Positions 1 through 8,869 of a DNA stretch of 32,000 bases are shown in pieces. Source of the DNA: Candidatus Heimdallarchaeota archaeon (GTDB lineage Archaea > Asgardarchaeota > Heimdallarchaeia > Heimdallarchaeales > Kariarchaeaceae); the NCBI GenBank assembly GCA_030149205.1, contig JASBSB010000007.1, positions 150,001 to 182,000 on the forward strand, written 5' to 3'. The position numbers and the translations under genes are program-made. Each line of letters starts with the position of its first letter. Positions within the stretch are counted from its first letter, which is position 1. The notes beneath the pieces are model-generated. The model was given only the letters and a program-made list of their open reading frames with translations, did no database searches and was not told the DNA's origin.

Positions 1-117
1 CATGGTTCTGGGTTTGGTGTTCCAGATCATTTCAGAATGGTTTTCCTGTCTCCCGAGAATATTCTAGAAGAGGGATTGAATCGTTTCGAGAGATTTTTGG
101 AAAGACACAGCTCTTAA
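1..117 (+). CDS. 3' end of a class I/II PLP-dependent aminotransferase (alanine aminotransferase-like), truncated by the window edge
   Basis: Frame +1 from base 1 reads HGSGFGVPDHFRMVFLSPENILEEGLNRFERFLERHSS*, the typical (V)HGSGFG...HFRxVFL C-terminus. Stop TAA at 115-117 directly abuts the polB stop at 118-120. Not in the ORF track. Confidence 0.75.
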   Translation, partial: HGSGFGVPDHFRMVFLSPENILEEGLNRFERFLERHSS

Positions 118-2799
118 TTATCCAAAAAAGTCATCTATAGATTGTTGTCCCATGATATCTTTTTCCCAAGAGATTCCCATAGGATTCAGAATTTGTTCAA
201 AGGCAGATTGAGCAAGCTTTAGAAGATTTCTACCCAGTCTATCAGTTTTTAAATCGACCAACTGCACAGGTTTAACATTTGCCGTCTTAATGCTTTCTTT
301 GTCTGTGGGAAATGAGAGTCTTGATGACGTTATTCTCACCTTAACTGGATCTCTGACAGGTACATACTCTATGCTATCTCCGATATCAATACTTTCAGCT
401 CCTGGATAGTTGTTTTCTAATAATTGAGCAAGTGCCTGTATAGGTTGTGTCCAAGTCTGATAATCTTTTACACGGTTTGTAAATGTAGTTCTAATTACCA
501 CATCAGGAATTTTAAGGTCATTATCTTCGACTTTTTTGATCAACTCACGAATTGTGTTTTTAATTTTGGATTTAGCTTCATTTAGTTCTGCAATGTTATG
601 AACCTTGGAAAGGATTTCAAGAGTTTCATCAAAATAATCTCGAATAATATTAGGGGTGTTTCTTTTCTTTCCAACTAATCCTTTTACGACAACTTGTCCA
701 GATTTTGTGACCCCGAGATAATTCTTTTTACGTTCTGAGAAAATAGCGTAGCGAAAATCATAATCTAATCCAAGTTCCACTCCTAAATTATCTATGCTCC
801 ATTTTTTGAGTTTCTTTACATCATTATCACTTGGTTCATGTATAAATACAGAATCTGTATCTCCATATAGAACCCTTAGTTTTAGGTGAGTTGTGACAAA
901 ATTTTGAGTTCTTGTAATTGCATCTCTGGCATAAGCTGTTGTTGATTCTGCAACTGGTAAACAATAAAAATCAAATGCTGGGGAGCCGATAACTCCATAC
1001 CCTGCATTTATTAGAACTTTAAGGGCCTGTTCTGTAACTCGGAACAGATTTCTCTCCTTTTTCCTCGGTTTAAAGTATTTCACTCTAATATCTCTTACAA
1101 ACCCAATCATTAGCGACATGATTCCAATTCGCTTAGTACAAACCCAATGATTCACGTCAGGAACACGGTTGGATTTACATTCTTCATGAATACAATTTAT
1201 GGTTTCATATGAAAGGTTTCGAGTCTTTATTAAAGATGGATATAGTGAGGCAAAGTCAAAGACTTGCACGTTCCACCATACGCCAGGTTGTGGATCAATA
1301 ACTATTGCACCTTGATATCTTTTTCCTTCTATTATGGATTGTGAGTGACCTTCACCTGCTTTTGCTGCGATTTCTTCCTTAAGCGGGACTAGATATTGCC
1401 GTTTTCTGTGTTCCCAAATCAGCCAAAATTTAATCCAAGTTGAAACTGTTAACCGAGTAAAGTCTGAAAAAGGTGATTTGGTAATTCTCATAAGTGTAAA
1501 TATCAGATTTAAAACTAGGTTGTTGTTATATGTTGTAAGCCGTAGGGTTAAGTCAACATCCTTTAGGTTATATTTCATTAGAGTTTGACCATTCATCTCA
1601 TTAATCCATACTTCCTCATGCTCAACTTTGTGTTCATTTAGAAGACCTCTTGAAACTTCATCAAGGGAGGCGGATTCATAGGCCCCACTAAATGCATAAA
1701 TCCTTATTGCTGCCTGTCTAAAGAAGATATGTAAATCCAAATGTAGGCTCGATTTAAACCCAGTTTCATTTCTTCTAATATTGATTGGGATCTCCTTGTT
1801 TGTCATCTCAAGTGCTAGGGCTCTATTATACAAATATGGATTATCAAAATTATCCCCGTTAAATGATATTAAAAGTGGATAAAGCTCTATAATTTCGAAA
1901 AAGCTTTCCAATAAGGCCCTTTCAGAGTCAAATCTATAAATTTCTACTGTTTTTGAGTTTATGTTATCCTTTGTCTCATCCCTATTTAATATCCAGAACA
2001 CCTGTCTTCCTTTGTTATCAGCCAATGCTATTGATATTATTGGATAAGTTGGATTTTTAGGGTTGGGCAGCCTCCCAAATTCAGAACCCACTTCGATGTC
2101 ATAAGCTGCTCTAAATATGTCTGGAATCTCTTGGAACAGATTAGGCATATAATCATTTAACATTTCTATTTCTTGATCAGATTCACCTTCAAATGAGTGA
2201 TTTAGCTGGTTAACAATATCTTCAGGGAGTACCTTTTCGGAATGAAGCAATTTAGAATCTTTAACATCATAAAATGTACCCGGCGTTATCAGAAAATCGG
2301 CAATATAGTTAAAATGGTAGCGTATATCTGCCTCATAAGATGGTTTTATGAAGTTTCTGAATGATTTCTCTGCATCACCCCCTATATCGAGGGGAGTTGA
2401 ACCTAAGACTTTAGAGAATGTTGATTTTCCCCATTCTAACAATACTTCTTTTTCAACTGGTTCAGTTCCCAAATAGTTTTGTGATTGTGCTACTCCTGGA
2501 ATCTCTTCTATTCCTTCTTTGGTTATGGGTGTTATGAGATATGGGTGGTGATTTGTATTATCAACCCAATAATACAAACTTTCTGTTTTCAAATCGTAAA
2601 ACACTAAAATTGCTTTGTTTAACTTGCCGTCATATTTTGCATCAATTAAAAATACGTTGTTAATGTCCTCACTGAGTTTATGTGAAAATTGTTTTGTCTC
2701 TGCAACAGAAATCTCAAGTTCTTCTTCAGAAATCAATTCTTCCTTATCTTCCAATTCCAAATCAGGGTCTTCTTCATCAAAAAATTCATCCAAACTCAA
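118..2799 (-). CDS. polB1: Family B DNA polymerase, archaeal PolB1 type
   Basis: Exonuclease motifs YDIEV, FNGDNFD and YNLKD; polymerase motifs FDFASLYPS, KVLINAGYG and YGDTDS. The B1-like N-terminus FLIDAKYDGK..KAILVFYD and the CxHEEC...HWVC insert support B1. C-terminal PIP box QQSIDDFF. TTG start. Confidence 0.93.
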   Translation of the reverse strand: MSLDEFFDEEDPDLELEDKEELISEEELEISVAETKQFSHKLSEDINNVFLIDAKYDGKLNKAILVFYDLKTESLYYWVDNTNHHPYLITPITKEGIEEIPGVAQSQNYLGTEPVEKEVLLEWGKSTFSKVLGSTPLDIGGDAEKSFRNFIKPSYEADIRYHFNYIADFLITPGTFYDVKDSKLLHSEKVLPEDIVNQLNHSFEGESDQEIEMLNDYMPNLFQEIPDIFRAAYDIEVGSEFGRLPNPKNPTYPIISIALADNKGRQVFWILNRDETKDNINSKTVEIYRFDSERALLESFFEIIELYPLLISFNGDNFDNPYLYNRALALEMTNKEIPINIRRNETGFKSSLHLDLHIFFRQAAIRIYAFSGAYESASLDEVSRGLLNEHKVEHEEVWINEMNGQTLMKYNLKDVDLTLRLTTYNNNLVLNLIFTLMRITKSPFSDFTRLTVSTWIKFWLIWEHRKRQYLVPLKEEIAAKAGEGHSQSIIEGKRYQGAIVIDPQPGVWWNVQVFDFASLYPSLIKTRNLSYETINCIHEECKSNRVPDVNHWVCTKRIGIMSLMIGFVRDIRVKYFKPRKKERNLFRVTEQALKVLINAGYGVIGSPAFDFYCLPVAESTTAYARDAITRTQNFVTTHLKLRVLYGDTDSVFIHEPSDNDVKKLKKWSIDNLGVELGLDYDFRYAIFSERKKNYLGVTKSGQVVVKGLVGKKRNTPNIIRDYFDETLEILSKVHNIAELNEAKSKIKNTIRELIKKVEDNDLKIPDVVIRTTFTNRVKDYQTWTQPIQALAQLLENNYPGAESIDIGDSIEYVPVRDPVKVRITSSRLSFPTDKESIKTANVKPVQLVDLKTDRLGRNLLKLAQSAFEQILNPMGISWEKDIMGQQSIDDFFG

Positions 2800-3545
2800 T
2801 TTAATCGTGCTCCTGTGAGTTTAATTGCTTTGTGAAAAATTAATTCATAATCATTCAATACATTGAGCTTCGCAAGGCTCAGCCAGCTTTCGAGACTTTC
2901 TACTATGCTTGAAGGGATACCTTCAGATTGTTGTAGTTCAGGGGGTAATTCCCCAGATGATCCAGATATCCAATTAAGGTCACAGGTTTGACCCTGTTCT
3001 ACCTTTTTCATCCAATGAAACAGAAAATCAATTGTTTGATTTGGTAAAAAGAAAGTAATTATATCATCCTTAATAGAAAGAACACCTTTTGGCTTAGTCA
3101 ACAGTAAATGTTTAAGCTCAGATACTGCTGGAGTACTTAAAAGAAGTTTTAGGAAAAGCAAATTATCATTTTTAATACCTAAGATTTGGTTTAAGAAATC
3201 AAATGTTAAGACTGTATTTCCCAAATATAGATTTTTTTCAAGTTCCCATGTGAAGCAACTATATCTTAGGAGTTCATTTTTGAAGTAATCACTATTGTCA
3301 ATTCGAAAAGTTATTGAAGAAATTTCAGGCTTCAATTTCGAAAAGGACTGAATAAATCTATAATCAAAAGTTCCAGCCAGAGTTATCTCATCCCCAAAAA
3401 AGGTATTTGTTGAACCAGATTTTCTAAAATAATGGAGTATGTTCTCATATTTACTCAGTAAATTAAAAAAAGAGGATATGAATTCTGAGGAAACCCCATA
3501 TGCAGAAAAGGTCAACTTTATGATTTCCACATTCAAGCTAATCAA
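2796..3545 (-). CDS. Hypothetical protein, translationally coupled to polB1
   Basis: 249-aa ORF; its TGA stop overlaps the polB1 TTG start by 4 bp; no recognisable motif. Confidence 0.7.
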   Translation of the reverse strand: MISLNVEIIKLTFSAYGVSSEFISSFFNLLSKYENILHYFRKSGSTNTFFGDEITLAGTFDYRFIQSFSKLKPEISSITFRIDNSDYFKNELLRYSCFTWELEKNLYLGNTVLTFDFLNQILGIKNDNLLFLKLLLSTPAVSELKHLLLTKPKGVLSIKDDIITFFLPNQTIDFLFHWMKKVEQGQTCDLNWISGSSGELPPELQQSEGIPSSIVESLESWLSLAKLNVLNDYELIFHKAIKLTGARLN

Positions 3546-3606
3546 GATAACAAAAAAAGATTTTCTCTATGAATTAGAAATAGTACCGGTCTTTAAGACA
3601 CAAATA

Positions 3607-4008
3607 TTAAATGAAATTCGGGAGTGATTTTAATTTGACTACTGGGATATAGGCAGATTGGCTATTTTGTCCTACTATCGTAACAAATTCCCAAGATTCT
3701 TTCGAATTATCACCGGAGTAGAGGTAGTTTATGAAGGAACCCGTGGGTTCAATTTCTGTTTCAACATAAACTGTAATTGGTAATCCTTCCAGGTCATACC
3801 AACTAGGAACAATGTGAGTTAGAAAATACATCCACTTTCCATTTTCTAATTTGGTTGTATAAATGTGACCACCTCGATTCTGTGAGTTTGCGGTTACTAG
3901 TCTTACAAGTTCTGTCAAATCCGCTAGTTCCATTCTTTGTGACTGGCTTATCTTATCCATAAACATTCTATAAATTTTAAAAAATTTAAAGACTACATTA
4001 CGAACCAT
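3607..4008 (-). CDS. Conserved archaeal hypothetical protein (TACK/Asgard-type); true start possibly the ATG at about 3960-3966
   Basis: Pattern DLxELVRL...HIY...YF...YxLxGLPIxxYVE...FIxY...YIPVVKLK resembles a small uncharacterised family I recall from crenarchaea. It lies within a same-strand gene run. Confidence 0.65.
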   Translation of the reverse strand: MVRNVVFKFFKIYRMFMDKISQSQRMELADLTELVRLVTANSQNRGGHIYTTKLENGKWMYFLTHIVPSWYDLEGLPITVYVETEIEPTGSFINYLYSGDNSKESWEFVTIVGQNSQSAYIPVVKLKSLPNFI

Positions 4009-4471
4009 TTAGATCTTCAAAATATGAAATTTCTTTAAATCGTCTTAGAATTGCATGGATTAACTGTTCCATTGCACTTGCACAGGCTAACTTTTCGATT
4101 TTAGTTGAAATAAAATCATCACCTGAAACCCAGAGGGCCAATAGATCTATCATTTCAGATAAGGACATTACTTCTTTGAAATATGCAAAAGCAACTAGTG
4201 CTTCCACACCATTTGCAACATCCCCAGTTTTAGACCTATTGGGATAATAAGAGAGTATCCCCGCTGATTCAGCCGCTGCTCTTAATGACTTATCCCATAC
4301 ATGAATCGATCCTTTTTTGGATTTATAACCAATCCTCATTGAAGTATAAATGAAGTTAACCAAAAAATCACCTAAATGGGCTAAATTATCTGAGGTTAGA
4401 ACCTTTCGTATTTTTTTGGTTTTTAAAATTCCAATTAATTCAGGTAATTCATTCTGGGTATGCTTCATCAA
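3998..4471 (-). CDS. Archaeal ribonuclease III-family (mini-III-like) protein
   Basis: LAHLGDFLVNFIY and GDVANGVEALVAFAY match the RNase III signature helices; no dsRBD; next to rpoL. Confidence 0.8.
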   Translation of the reverse strand: MMKHTQNELPELIGILKTKKIRKVLTSDNLAHLGDFLVNFIYTSMRIGYKSKKGSIHVWDKSLRAAAESAGILSYYPNRSKTGDVANGVEALVAFAYFKEVMSLSEMIDLLALWVSGDDFISTKIEKLACASAMEQLIHAILRRFKEISYFEDLNGS

Positions 4472-4730
4472 ATGCCCTTCTGAACTCTTGGGTAGTTTTT
4501 ATCAGCTCACGTGAACTATCAATTAACACATCCACAGGGTTGGTACCTTTCTCAGTTTTAATTTGAAAAATCAATGAATTTTCGAAGGTTTGATCCCTGG
4601 CATAACCACAGAGTAACACATCATCTCTCTCGAGACACTTCTCTTTTAACATGTTGTATAATGTATGGGGATCATCAAGTATTTGCAACCTAAGATAGTC
4701 ATCACCTTGTTGTTGGATGTTAATTTTCAT
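4449..4730 (-). CDS. rpoL: DNA-directed RNA polymerase subunit L (Rpo11)
   Basis: 93 aa with DDPHTLYNML, V..CGY and IKT..G..PVDVL. SD-like AGGTGA at 4734-4739 on the minus strand, 3 nt before the ATG. Confidence 0.85.
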   Translation of the reverse strand: MKINIQQQGDDYLRLQILDDPHTLYNMLKEKCLERDDVLLCGYARDQTFENSLIFQIKTEKGTNPVDVLIDSSRELIKTTQEFRRAFDEAYPE

Positions 4731-4909
4731 AAATCACCTAATAATTTATTAAAAAAAAAGGATTCGTTTAGGTATCTTTACTTAAAGCAGTATTTGGAAA
4801 AGTGAGTTAAACATCTCAGCATCATGTAGCGAAAAAACACCCGTTGTTCCTTGTGAAATTTTATTGGTATAGAGGATAAGGTACAAAAATACCTACTAAA
4901 CTTAACTGT

Positions 4910-5236
4910 ATGGATAATAAATCTAACGAATCCTCTGTTCCACCCTATATTAAAGATGTTCAAGTCCCCTCAGATTTAAAGGTTGGTGAGGAATTCATTG
5001 TTCAGGTTGTTGGAGATTGGCCTAACCCATCATGGAAACATATAAAGACAGATATTTCTTATCTTGAGAACAGAGTAGAAATAAATTATCGTGGTGTAAG
5101 AGGTGCAGGGTTCGCATTGATGGTACTACAACCTGTAAGCTTTGAGGTACCATTAACACTGAACAAAGAGGGAAAGTGGAAAATAATTGTTTTAGGGAGA
5201 AGTGGTAATTTTGAAGTCGAGGTAAATGTAAAATAA
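4910..5236 (+). CDS. Hypothetical small all-beta (Ig-like) protein
   Basis: 108-aa ATG ORF with alternating hydrophobic beta pattern; fills the gap between rpoL and degT; no signal peptide. Confidence 0.65.
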   Translation: MDNKSNESSVPPYIKDVQVPSDLKVGEEFIVQVVGDWPNPSWKHIKTDISYLENRVEINYRGVRGAGFALMVLQPVSFEVPLTLNKEGKWKIIVLGRSGNFEVEVNVK

Positions 5237-5295
5237 TTACGGAAGACATTTGATTATTTCCTTAGAATTATATATCCTGAAAAAATCTAATTATT

Positions 5296-6447
5296 GTGAT
5301 TAATAGAGATATTCCCTTTGTTGATTTACCCTTAACAGAGAGAGATGTAGAAGCTGTTGCAGAGGTCATTAGATCAAAAAAATTGCTTGAGAGTGACCAA
5401 GCAAGACGGTTTGAGAAAGATTTTAGTAGGTTCACTGGTGCGAAATACAGTTTAACCTGCGCAAATGGGACAGCCGCATTACATCTGGCACTGGAAGCGA
5501 TAGGGATCAACCCCGGAGATGAGGTATTAACTCCGGCATTCACTTTTATTGCAACTTCGAATTCTATATTATTTGTCGGTGGTATCCCAAAATTTGTGGA
5601 TATCAACCCAAAAACTTGGAACATGGATCCAGAGATGGCAGAAAAAGCAATCACAGAAAAAACTAAAGCACTCATGCCAGTCCATATATTTGGTCTAGGA
5701 GCAGATATGAAAGCTTTTCGAGATTTAGCTGAGGATAAAGACCTCTTGTTAATAGAAGATGCAGCGCAGGCCCATGGCACCAAAATTGATGGGCATCATG
5801 CTGGAACATGGGGGGATATCGCAACATTTTCGTTATATGCAACAAAAAACTTGATATCTGGTGAAGGAGGTGTTGTAACTACAAATAACGAGGAACTGGC
5901 AGAAAAGGTTGAATCGTTAAAGAATCATGGTCGGACTAAACAAGGTGGGTACAAGCATGTTAGAGTAGGTTTTAATTACAGAATGACTGATATGCAAGCT
6001 GCGATTGCAAATGTTCAGCTTGAAAAATTACCAAAGATGTTAGAACAGAGGAAAACTAATGCAGAACATTACAGGAGAGTAATTGATGAGTTACCCAACT
6101 TAGATTATCAAAGGGTTCCAAAGGGGTTTACCCATGGAAATTATATTTTTGGACTTGATACCAGAAATTCGATGTTAAAGCCCTCAGAGTTTGTTACAGA
6201 ATTAAAGAAACAAAGGGTTTTATCAAGGCCTATCTATAGTACATTAAGTTATGAACAAGAAAATTTCAAGCATATTAATAATTGGAGATGGGCTAAGTTT
6301 GTTAAATACCCAGATTATTCAAACCTCTATCTGGACTATTCAGAAAAAATATCTAAAAACCATTTAGAAATTCCTGTGGTTCCAAGTCTAACTGAGGAAG
6401 AACGCACACACGTGGGAAATGTGTTAAAAGAGATCCTTGATTCATAA
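5296..6447 (+). CDS. DegT/DnrJ/EryC1/StrS family sugar aminotransferase
   Basis: ANGTAALHLAL, IEDAAQAHG, FSLYATKNL (PLP lysine) and GFNYRMTD. GTG start. Confidence 0.93.
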   Translation: MINRDIPFVDLPLTERDVEAVAEVIRSKKLLESDQARRFEKDFSRFTGAKYSLTCANGTAALHLALEAIGINPGDEVLTPAFTFIATSNSILFVGGIPKFVDINPKTWNMDPEMAEKAITEKTKALMPVHIFGLGADMKAFRDLAEDKDLLLIEDAAQAHGTKIDGHHAGTWGDIATFSLYATKNLISGEGGVVTTNNEELAEKVESLKNHGRTKQGGYKHVRVGFNYRMTDMQAAIANVQLEKLPKMLEQRKTNAEHYRRVIDELPNLDYQRVPKGFTHGNYIFGLDTRNSMLKPSEFVTELKKQRVLSRPIYSTLSYEQENFKHINNWRWAKFVKYPDYSNLYLDYSEKISKNHLEIPVVPSLTEEERTHVGNVLKEILDS

Positions 6448-6486
6448 AACAATGAAAATATTAATTAGCTTGAATCTGTACATTAT

Positions 6487-7023
6487 TTGATGGAAATTCC
6501 AATTTATCCTCTCAGAAACTCAACCTTGTACAAACTAATGGATGAAGAAAAAAAACATGAGGATAGGACAACAAGAAAATTCAACTTTGCCAACAAATTC
6601 GTGGTTCCACTTTATCGACTGAATATTTTGCCTCTATTCCTTCTTGGAAAAATTTTCATTCTTGTAAAAACAAAGGGGAGAAAAACGGGTAAAATTAGGT
6701 ATGTTCCTCTCGAATACAGAAAGAGAGGTGATAAGTTCCTCATATTTGCTTCTCGTGGTGAGAGGAGTAATTGGTACAGAAATATAATTGCTTATACAGA
6801 TCAGCCTTTACTTGGAAAAATTGGATTTAAATGGCATCAATTTATAGTTAATGAAATTCAAGATGTTGAAGATCGGGTTGAAATAATGAAATGGTATGCC
6901 CAATCTTTTCAAAGTTCTGCAAAAGCATTATTTGGATATGATAAGACTGTTCAGATAGAGGATAGAAGTTTTATCAATATTTGTCAGTTCATAAGAATAC
7001 TAGAATTAGAGAAAATAGATTAA
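6487..7023 (+). CDS. Deazaflavin (F420H2)-dependent nitroreductase/quinone reductase family (Ddn-like)
   Basis: LVKTKGRKTGKIRYVPL...FAS.G..SNWYRNI is the split beta-barrel Ddn family signature. Confidence 0.8.
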   Translation: MMEIPIYPLRNSTLYKLMDEEKKHEDRTTRKFNFANKFVVPLYRLNILPLFLLGKIFILVKTKGRKTGKIRYVPLEYRKRGDKFLIFASRGERSNWYRNIIAYTDQPLLGKIGFKWHQFIVNEIQDVEDRVEIMKWYAQSFQSSAKALFGYDKTVQIEDRSFINICQFIRILELEKID

Positions 7024-7745
7024 GATTCGATCAATGCTGTCCTCAAAAATGAGATGAGAGGATAACCTATTTTATAATATGAAACAATTATATGAGAAAG
7101 GTCTTCATTAAATAGTTCAGAGGTGGGAAAATTATGTTCAAAATAAAATTTTTTGTTCATAATTTCAGGAATCTTTGAGGAGAGAGAGGTGTATATCTCA
7201 GGAAGGCGTTTATTTTTGTCTCCTCTGATCTCTCCAAAATGTGATTGGAATTCATTGGAGGATTGTAGTTTTAAAAATTCTTCTTGGTTATTCAGAATAT
7301 GATTTCTAATCTTAGAAATTCCAGAAGGAGAGACAAAGTAACAGCCACCACCGATTTGAATTGATTTATTGGAAATATTGATGAAATAGCCCGGATCATC
7401 CTTTGCACTTCTTTTAGTTGTGTTTATGGAAGCTCCAACATTTAATTTATATGGAGACTTATCTTTGCTAAATCTAACATCCCTATTTATTCTAAACATT
7501 ACATTCTTTGGACTGGTATTAATTAGTGGGTCAAATTCTTGTATCTGAGAGATCAAATCTGCTAAGAGGTTCAAAAATGGAGATTTAACATTCTTTTCAT
7601 ATTTTGTTTTGTTCTGGTCAAACCAGGATTTTGTGTTGCTTTCTTCTAACTCCAAAAAAAATTCATAAAATTTCTGCGTAAACATTTGGTTAAAAATAAA
7701 TAGTATATTAAGTATTAATAGTTTGTCACCCTCTCTATATAACAT
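7020..7745 (-). CDS. DUF2461 family protein
   Basis: FFLEL..SNTKSWFDQNK..YE, FRINRDVRFSKDKSPYK and GGG.Y motifs. The true start may be the downstream Met (MFTQKF). Confidence 0.85.
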   Translation of the reverse strand: MLYREGDKLLILNILFIFNQMFTQKFYEFFLELEESNTKSWFDQNKTKYEKNVKSPFLNLLADLISQIQEFDPLINTSPKNVMFRINRDVRFSKDKSPYKLNVGASINTTKRSAKDDPGYFINISNKSIQIGGGCYFVSPSGISKIRNHILNNQEEFLKLQSSNEFQSHFGEIRGDKNKRLPEIYTSLSSKIPEIMNKKFYFEHNFPTSELFNEDLSHIIVSYYKIGYPLISFLRTALIES

Positions 7746-7747
7746 TA

Positions 7748-8824
7748 TTATTCAACCTTTTTCAAAACTGATTCATAGTACCCAATGATTACCTGTACAA
7801 AACCCTTAAAGAGGAGGTCTACTTCAGAATCTTGAGTATCAATATATAATTTTTCAAGATCTTTTGATTTCTCTGGTGTAGAAAAAACCTTTAAATTTTT
7901 TAACCCAATTTTTTTGAGAATCTCTGGTGAAATCTGACGGTTCCCCCTCCCTATCAAATGACCTTGTCTACCTATGGGGGTGACCCATAGCTCATCGATT
8001 TCTAAGTTATCGAATTTTGAAGGATCAAGGTCTTTGATTCTTAACTCACCGTTGACGTAATAGTCAATACCTAACAAGGTCTTTTCGAGGTTTAAAAACT
8101 CAAATATTTTATAAAATGTAGAGCCTGCACCAACCAAGATTGATTTGTTAGAAAGCATCTTATCCTCGTTAATCCTTTCTGCAATCCTCTCATATACAAG
8201 TTCATCAGATTCTCCATAACTAATTTTTCCAAGTTGGATTCTGGGGTTTACAGGTAGAGTTGCTTCAACGGTGTATTTAGGGACAATTTTACCTTTTTCA
8301 TATAATTTTTCATCTAAATCGACAAGAAGTTCTTTTTTTACTGGAAGGGGCCAATTCTGTAAAATTTGTAAAAGATCATCAGGAGTGTGGAGAAAGCCAG
8401 CTGAAAAAATTTTCACACCTGATGGTATCCCAATGATTGGGATGTAAGGAGCCGTTTTTGCAACATCAGAGGCAGTTCCATCACCACCGAAAAATATTAT
8501 CAGGTCAACTTTCTTCTCAACAAAAATTTGTACTGCTTCTATGGTATTCTGAGATGTACTATGGTTAGGCATAGAATAACAAACCTCAAAAGGCAAACTA
8601 AAATTGCAGCTCTGAAGCACCTTGTTTATGTTGAATGTCGTAAAGAATTGAATAGGCCTTTTTAATGATTTCAATTGACATAAAGTTCGGTTAATAATTT
8701 TATAAACCGGTGGATCTAAGCCTTCTGAAATTTTTTCCCAAGCAAGCTGAACATTATCAGTACCCTTGGTACCTAGAAATATTCCAACTCCTGCTATTGG
8801 ATTGCAAATCAAACCAACCTTCAC
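7748..8824 (-). CDS. ATP-NAD/AcoX kinase family protein
   Basis: CNPIAG, GGDGT, GIPSGVKIFS and QGHLIGRGNRQIS motifs. GTG start. Confidence 0.85.
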   Translation of the reverse strand: MKVGLICNPIAGVGIFLGTKGTDNVQLAWEKISEGLDPPVYKIINRTLCQLKSLKRPIQFFTTFNINKVLQSCNFSLPFEVCYSMPNHSTSQNTIEAVQIFVEKKVDLIIFFGGDGTASDVAKTAPYIPIIGIPSGVKIFSAGFLHTPDDLLQILQNWPLPVKKELLVDLDEKLYEKGKIVPKYTVEATLPVNPRIQLGKISYGESDELVYERIAERINEDKMLSNKSILVGAGSTFYKIFEFLNLEKTLLGIDYYVNGELRIKDLDPSKFDNLEIDELWVTPIGRQGHLIGRGNRQISPEILKKIGLKNLKVFSTPEKSKDLEKLYIDTQDSEVDLLFKGFVQVIIGYYESVLKKVE

Positions 8825-8869
8825 AAAACTGTTAATTTCAAATGTTTTGATTTAATTTTAGGTTTAGCT

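Noticed and set aside
4827-4837. TAGCGAAAAAA upstream of the rpoL-polB1 run as a possible E2F target site
   Set aside because: It is only a half site (TTTCGC) without the CGCG core, too weak to claim regulation of polB1. It also overlaps a doubtful 61-aa ORF.
4778-4963. 61-aa minus-strand ORF upstream of rpoL
   Set aside because: It overlaps the 108-aa plus-strand gene and the probable divergent promoter region, and has no recognisable features.
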